Source: Patescibacteria group bacterium
GTDB taxonomy: Bacteria > Patescibacteriota > Microgenomatia > UBA10105 > UBA927
Length of the DNA: 64,000 nt
Reading direction: 5' to 3'
Assembly (NCBI GenBank): GCA_049322955.1
Contig: JBMOPU010000012.1
Location: forward strand, 886,186 to 950,185
Under the pieces are notes generated by a model. The model had not been told where the DNA came from. It ran no database searches and saw only the letters and a program-made list of their open reading frames with translations. Both the position numbers and the translations under genes were made by a program. This document shows positions 59,381-64,000 of this stretch, one piece after another (position 1 is the first letter of the stretch; each line of letters opens with the position of its first letter).

Positions 59381-60149
59381 ACGGTAGCTTTCTCCACGGC
59401 CGCGTGGTATATAACCGCCACAATCCTTTCAAGTCCCCAAGCGCCGTTTTCATGACACGCACCGTAGACCCGGGATTATCGATCCACGTCACCGGTTCTT
59501 CGTAAATCCGATACCCGCTCTTCTCACCGACGATCAGGAGTTCACTGTCAAAAAACCATTCGTTATCTTTCACCTGCGGCATGAGCTCGCGTACGACCCT
59601 TCGGGAGACCGCCTTAAATCCGCATTGCGCATCGGTGAAATTCACCCAGAAAAAAAGCTTGATAAGGCTGATATATCCTTTTGATGTAATCGACCGAAGG
59701 GTGCTTCTGCCGAATACTCTCGCTCCCTTCGTATTTCTGCTCCCTATTGCCATGTCAAAACCGCGCTCGAGCGCATGCAAGAGCGGCGGCAGGTGCTTCA
59801 GATCGGTCGAAAGATCTATATCCATGTAGGCAAGATAATCATAGTCGCCTTTGCGCCAGACGTGCTTCACCGCCCTTCCCCGTCCTTTTTGCGAAAGATG
59901 TTCTACCGACACGGATTGATACGTACGACTGAGTTCACGCGCGATTTTCAAAGTGGCATCGGTGCTTGCGTTATCGGCGATCGTTATATGCCAGGAAAAA
60001 TCGGAGAGATTTTTTGCCAGGTAACGGATGAGGGTGCCGACACTCGTTTTCAATTCCACCGCTTCGTTATACACGGGAAGCACGATATTAACGCTTGGTT
60101 TTGTGCTGCTTGGCATAAAGATAATAAATAAAAATAATAAGGCTAACAA
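59367..60149 (-). CDS. polyprenyl-phosphate glycosyltransferase (GT2; Dpm1/GtrB-like)
   Basis: VNIVLPVYNEAVEL ... ITIADNASTDATL ... QKGRGRAV ... YMDIDLSTDL. Confidence 0.75.
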   Translation of the reverse strand: MLALLFLFIIFMPSSTKPSVNIVLPVYNEAVELKTSVGTLIRYLAKNLSDFSWHITIADNASTDATLKIARELSRTYQSVSVEHLSQKGRGRAVKHVWRKGDYDYLAYMDIDLSTDLKHLPPLLHALERGFDMAIGSRNTKGARVFGRSTLRSITSKGYISLIKLFFWVNFTDAQCGFKAVSRRVVRELMPQVKDNEWFFDSELLIVGEKSGYRIYEEPVTWIDNPGSTVRVMKTALGDLKGLWRLYTTRPWRKLPYARH

Positions 60150-61737
60150 GCGAAATACCGTTGCCGATAACCCGTATCGGCGTATCGGTAAAACGCATGG
60201 TTATATACGACTGACCCGCGGCAAGAGTAAGCTCGGGCAATCCGTTTTTGACGGTCGGCCGTACTTCTTTATCGTCAATAAAATACCGCCAACCGGGAAA
60301 CGGCGCTTTGTTGATACGAACGGGCATCTCTTCCGCCGCAATGACGGACCATACTTCCCGGGTCGTGGTTTTTGTCAGCAACCGCGCCGACAGGCCGTTT
60401 CCTTCCTCTATTGTAGCAAAATCAGCTTCTTTCGGTGTGTCCGGCCGGGGGACGGAACGCGGAAGGTATTCATCGGAAATTTTTGATACCCGCCACCTGA
60501 CATCGGAAGGGGCTTCAAATGCGGTACTTGGTTTCTCATAGGTATATTGGGGCATAAACCATTTGCCGTTTAACAGTATAACCCCGACGCAAATGGCTAT
60601 GGTTGCCGCCCATTTGGCAACGGCGTTTTTTACCGGGAGCATCGCAAAACTTCCCAAGAGTGACGTGCCGAACATAAGAATCCCCAGAAAACGCCAGGGA
60701 TATTGAAGGTAGGCAAAGCCGGGGATGCTATCCCACAACCATTTTGAAGCTTCGGTCGCAAACAATACTCCTACAAATGCCGCGGCGACCGCAACTCCTA
60801 TAAGTCCGGCCATTCGTTTCGGCCGCAATACAAGCGCCGTCACCAGTCCGGCAAAACCGAGAAGCAGATGGGCTTTCCCGACCATAAACGACATGCCGTC
60901 AACACATCCTTTCGCGGATCCGCCGAATCCCCAGAGTGATGCGTACAGTTGGGTGATACATACGAAGTGATCCTTATAATCGGCACTGGCACTCACCTGG
61001 CCGGAAACCCCGGTAAACTGCATTTCAAACATTGCAGGGAGCCAGAAAAAACCCGCAAGCCCCATACCGAGAAGCAGCGGAACGGATGCGGAAAGCGTTT
61101 CGCGAAGCCGGTCGCGATTACGAAGATATCGAACCATCCGATACAGGACAAAGGAACACCCGACGAAGATCGTCACCGCAAATCCCATGAGGGTATGGGA
61201 GAGGATCACTCCTCCGATCCCGATCGCTCCCGCCGCCGCCGACTTCTTTGTTGCGGGTTTTCCCCATCCCGTAATCCAGTAGGCAATAAGGGGGAAAAAC
61301 ACGAGGGACCAATATTCACCCACCGCCCCCCGAACGTATATCTGTACCGCATGATAGGGCGCAAAAAGAAAGAGTACGCCGGCAAGAAGTCCGTACGGCA
61401 GTTCGATAAGCAGCGTTACCAACAATGCGGGCAGTAGGATCCCTGCGGCAAACATGATTTTGGTTGCCAAAACGGCGGGGACACCCACGGCATACAGCAA
61501 CCCGCCGAAATAATACGGTAACGGTCCGTAAAAATTAAAAATCGGATAACCGTATCCGTACCCTAACTCATTGACCCATCGGACGGGAAACTGGAAATCA
61601 CGAAGCGCCCTTCCCATTTCGATGACACGGGCAACCTGCGTATCATCGTGCATCGGGAAGAACCCCGGAGATACGAGCGGCCGGACGGCAAAAAAACCCG
61701 CAAGCGCAAGCAAAATATACGGTAGGACTCGTTTCAT
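60088..61737 (-). CDS. YfhO-related polytopic membrane protein (HD...RW family, member 4)
   Basis: FFPMHDDTQVARVI...FPVRWVNELGYGYGYPIFNFYGPLPYY, FAPYHAVQIYVRGAVGE, C-terminal PFPGWRYFIDDKEV then a TM anchor. I verified the start ATG at 61737 (ATGA overlap). Confidence 0.6.
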   Translation of the reverse strand: MKRVLPYILLALAGFFAVRPLVSPGFFPMHDDTQVARVIEMGRALRDFQFPVRWVNELGYGYGYPIFNFYGPLPYYFGGLLYAVGVPAVLATKIMFAAGILLPALLVTLLIELPYGLLAGVLFLFAPYHAVQIYVRGAVGEYWSLVFFPLIAYWITGWGKPATKKSAAAGAIGIGGVILSHTLMGFAVTIFVGCSFVLYRMVRYLRNRDRLRETLSASVPLLLGMGLAGFFWLPAMFEMQFTGVSGQVSASADYKDHFVCITQLYASLWGFGGSAKGCVDGMSFMVGKAHLLLGFAGLVTALVLRPKRMAGLIGVAVAAAFVGVLFATEASKWLWDSIPGFAYLQYPWRFLGILMFGTSLLGSFAMLPVKNAVAKWAATIAICVGVILLNGKWFMPQYTYEKPSTAFEAPSDVRWRVSKISDEYLPRSVPRPDTPKEADFATIEEGNGLSARLLTKTTTREVWSVIAAEEMPVRINKAPFPGWRYFIDDKEVRPTVKNGLPELTLAAGQSYITMRFTDTPIRVIGNGISLVSLIIFIYYLYAKQHKTKR

Positions 61738-63326
61738 GATGAGTGCGTTAGGCGCCGCAACACAATGCAATAACAGATAAACGACAGGATACTTATCAAA
61801 TCCGCGGCCAATCGAAACGGTGTCTCACGAAAATCGGCGGATACGACATGGGTTCCTTTGGGAATTTCGATACGCATGACTCCCAATCGGTTCGCATAAT
61901 CAATAGGCGTCAATCGGTTGTCAACGGTAATCCCCCATCCGGGATAATAAATTTTATTGATCTGAATCGTGCTTGACTCTTTTGCTTCCGCGGTAAAGGT
62001 GATTTTTTCGCCGGAAAACGTGCGCGTTGAAAGGAGAGCGTCGCCGTTTATCACTTCCAAGGTTTCCACGGGACGATTCACGGGGATATCATGCACCCAT
62101 CGGGGCATATACTCGTTTGCGACGGTAGTCGTCGCTTCGTTTGTCACGTAATAGCCCGTGTCACGCCGTACGGGAGAAACCTCACCCAATAGAACGGATG
62201 CCGTTGATAACCAAACTGAAAAAAGTACCGCGGATAAGGCGACCCGCCGCCAACCCGAAAGATGTTCAAAAACCGCGGCGATAATCCACGGCCCGAACAG
62301 TACGGGCAATAACAACGCGCGGTACGGAAACTGAAAAAGGACGGAAAATGCGGATATGTTCCATACGGGAGCAGTAATCGGAAGCGCAAGTATGATTCCC
62401 GCTATCGCCCAAAAAAATGCAACCGATTCAAACCGGGTAATTTTTTTCCGTAAGCCCAGAAATACCGCAAGCGCAACCACGGTGCCCAACCCGATAAGTC
62501 CGGCATTCAGCGGCGTAATAAAGTACGATGACGGATCCGAAATGACGACGGCATCAAACCGAACCAAATGTTTCTCCAGAAGGGCGGGAATCCAGAAAAA
62601 ACTGGCAAACCCCACGCCGATTGCGCCGGCGGTCAAAAACATGCCTCTTGCCGGAACGCTCATCGCAAGGGTGGCGATTGCAATCCCCAAAAGGAGCGCC
62701 GCCGAATTATGGCTTATGATAAGAAGCCCTATCATGGGGGCAAACAACCACCCCCACCCTCTGACAATGGCGGTGACGGCCCAGGATGCGGCGGCGATCG
62801 CCAGTACTTCTCCCACCGACCCACGATGATACATATCAAAAAGGAGATACGGAGCAAAGACAAGACTTACTGCCCCCATGGTCCGTGCCCATCTTCCGTA
62901 TGTTTTCCGAAGTCCCGCGTAGACGGCAATAACGGCCGAGACAACGGAACCGGCAAGGATGATTTTTACCGCATCCTGAAATGACGCGCCGAGAATATGC
63001 AGCAGGGATCCCAAGTAGAGAAACCCCGGATACAGAAAGTTACTCACCGGATAGCCGTAACTGTTGTTCAATCTTCCCAAAAATCGCACCGGGAATTGTC
63101 CGTCGGCGAGACTTTGATAGAATGCCGACAGCCGGATTATCATCCACTCACCGTCGTCCGTAATAAAAAATCCCGATCGCATCAGGGGTGTCAGAACAAG
63201 AAAAAGTGCCGCCGCAATAAGGAGCAACGACCAACGGGAGAAAAATCCCGAAGGACTCTCCCTATCACGGTTCGGGGCAAGTGAGTGGCCGGAGTTTTTT
63301 TGCATTGATGGTTTTTTCTTTCTCAT
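61734..63326 (-). CDS. YfhO-related polytopic membrane protein (HD...RW family, member 5)
   Basis: FFITDDGEWMIIRL...FPVRFLGRLNNSYGYPVSNFLYPGFLY, FAPYLLFDMYHRGSVGE, C-terminal YYPGWGITVDNRL...IPKGTHVV then a TM anchor. Confidence 0.6.
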   Translation of the reverse strand: MRKKKPSMQKNSGHSLAPNRDRESPSGFFSRWSLLLIAAALFLVLTPLMRSGFFITDDGEWMIIRLSAFYQSLADGQFPVRFLGRLNNSYGYPVSNFLYPGFLYLGSLLHILGASFQDAVKIILAGSVVSAVIAVYAGLRKTYGRWARTMGAVSLVFAPYLLFDMYHRGSVGEVLAIAAASWAVTAIVRGWGWLFAPMIGLLIISHNSAALLLGIAIATLAMSVPARGMFLTAGAIGVGFASFFWIPALLEKHLVRFDAVVISDPSSYFITPLNAGLIGLGTVVALAVFLGLRKKITRFESVAFFWAIAGIILALPITAPVWNISAFSVLFQFPYRALLLPVLFGPWIIAAVFEHLSGWRRVALSAVLFSVWLSTASVLLGEVSPVRRDTGYYVTNEATTTVANEYMPRWVHDIPVNRPVETLEVINGDALLSTRTFSGEKITFTAEAKESSTIQINKIYYPGWGITVDNRLTPIDYANRLGVMRIEIPKGTHVVSADFRETPFRLAADLISILSFICYCIVLRRLTHSS

Positions 63327-63344
63327 ACCCGTACCGCCCTACCG

Positions 63345-64000
63345 TTACTTTTTTGCGGCACCGAAATCGGCAACCGGAGCATCCACTCTATAGAACCGCA
63401 TCATCCGCTTGTCTTCTCTCATCCCTTTTCGATACTCGCCGATAAGCGTCATCGGCCAATCCGGTTTTGTCTGTGTTTCGTTCAAGACAAAGTAGGTGGC
63501 GCTTTCGCTTGCCGCGGTAACGATATCATCAGGCATGGTTTCTGGAAGCGGCCACATACCGGTGATACGTACGTTCGGATTATCGACAAGATAAATTTCG
63601 ATCGCGTACGGAAGCAGTCCGAATGTTCCTTCCGTAAATACCTGTATTTTTTGATGCGCCGCCTCGGCGGTAAGATAGGTAACCACTTCCTTTACTCCGT
63701 ACCCTGCCGGCCAATCATCCAAAAATTGCCCGCGTTCGGATTCGGGTATGGGGGCGGCAACGGGATTGGTAATAATAAACCAATCCATAAAGAGTGAAGG
63801 GACGACGAGCACGAAGACAAGAAGCAGGCGTGCCATCCGATTTTTCATCGCGTCCCATACCGTAACCGCCGTTGAAGCCGCAACGATAAGCAGCGGCATC
63901 ATCATAAAAAAGATAAAACGCGGGTACAGTATTTTTGCAAATGTCGCAAGTGCCGCAAACGGAAGCGCCCACCAGACATACAGGAACCATCGCTCCCTGT
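63345..64000 (-). CDS. membrane protein, C-terminal portion; the gene continues beyond the window end
   Basis: I translated the minus frame upstream of 63905 through position 63996 and found no stop (...RERWFLYVWWALPFAALATFAKILYPRFIFFMMMPLL...). There are hydrophobic helices, then a ~140-aa soluble tail. Confidence 0.45.
   Translation of the reverse strand, partial: RERWFLYVWWALPFAALATFAKILYPRFIFFMMMPLLIVAASTAVTVWDAMKNRMARLLLVFVLVVPSLFMDWFIITNPVAAPIPESERGQFLDDWPAGYGVKEVVTYLTAEAAHQKIQVFTEGTFGLLPYAIEIYLVDNPNVRITGMWPLPETMPDDIVTAASESATYFVLNETQTKPDWPMTLIGEYRKGMREDKRMMRFYRVDAPVADFGAAKK

Noticed and set aside
1-64000. Search for CRISPR arrays, tRNA/rRNA genes, transposases, integrases or phage genes.
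   Set aside because: No regularly spaced direct repeats, no tRNA-like cloverleaf candidates in the tiny intergenic spacers, and no ORF with DDE or tyrosine-recombinase motifs were seen.

Overview
Almost all of this 64-kb window is one gene-dense cell-envelope glycosylation locus. It has almost no intergenic DNA, and most gene junctions are 4-nt ATGA start/stop overlaps. I find no rRNA, tRNA, CRISPR array, transposase or integrase. Genes run on the minus strand from 1 to 38893, switch to the plus strand for a four-gene block (38937..46206), then return to the minus strand (46218..64000).

By my count the locus holds about 25 polytopic integral-membrane proteins. Most look like GT-C-type glycosyltransferases, which use lipid-linked sugar donors:
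- 8 PMT_2/ArnT-like paralogs: 6 canonical ones (three in perfect tandem at 31188..36094, plus 42918..46206), a divergent one (37382..38893), a frameshifted one (29658..31183) and a distant one (46218..47936)
- 3 bona fide YfhO-family proteins
- a 5-member paralogous family carrying a conserved N-terminal HD...RW...GYGxP...FAPY...D.YxRG..GE motif and a YfhO-type C-terminal module
- 9 further uncharacterised polytopic proteins

The soluble and peripheral enzymes are:
- 10 GT2 enzymes, 3 of them Dpm1/ArnC/GtrB-like polyprenyl-phosphate sugar synthases
- 5 GT4 enzymes
- 2 Wzx/MOP-family flippases
- 4 SAM-dependent methyltransferases, two with an N-terminal zinc ribbon
- 4 NAD-dependent sugar-nucleotide epimerase/reductase genes, including a clear GDP-mannose 3,5-epimerase homolog and a CDP-paratose 2-epimerase-like enzyme

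The only predicted soluble secreted protein is a small signal-peptide protein at 26727..27260. Two membrane-protein genes appear interrupted by frameshifts, one of them at an A6/T6 tract. Block 4.3-14.4 kb is markedly more AT-rich than the rest.

The organism cannot be named from sequence alone. The compaction and the PMT_2 expansion are reminiscent of small-genome uncultivated bacteria (CPR/Patescibacteria-like), but this is inference. The most interesting aspect is the scale and internal logic of the locus: lipid-linked sugar synthases, flippases and a very large diversified set of extracytoplasmic GT-C transferases, plus unusual nucleotide-sugar chemistry (L-galactose/L-gulose, tyvelose-type, methylation).
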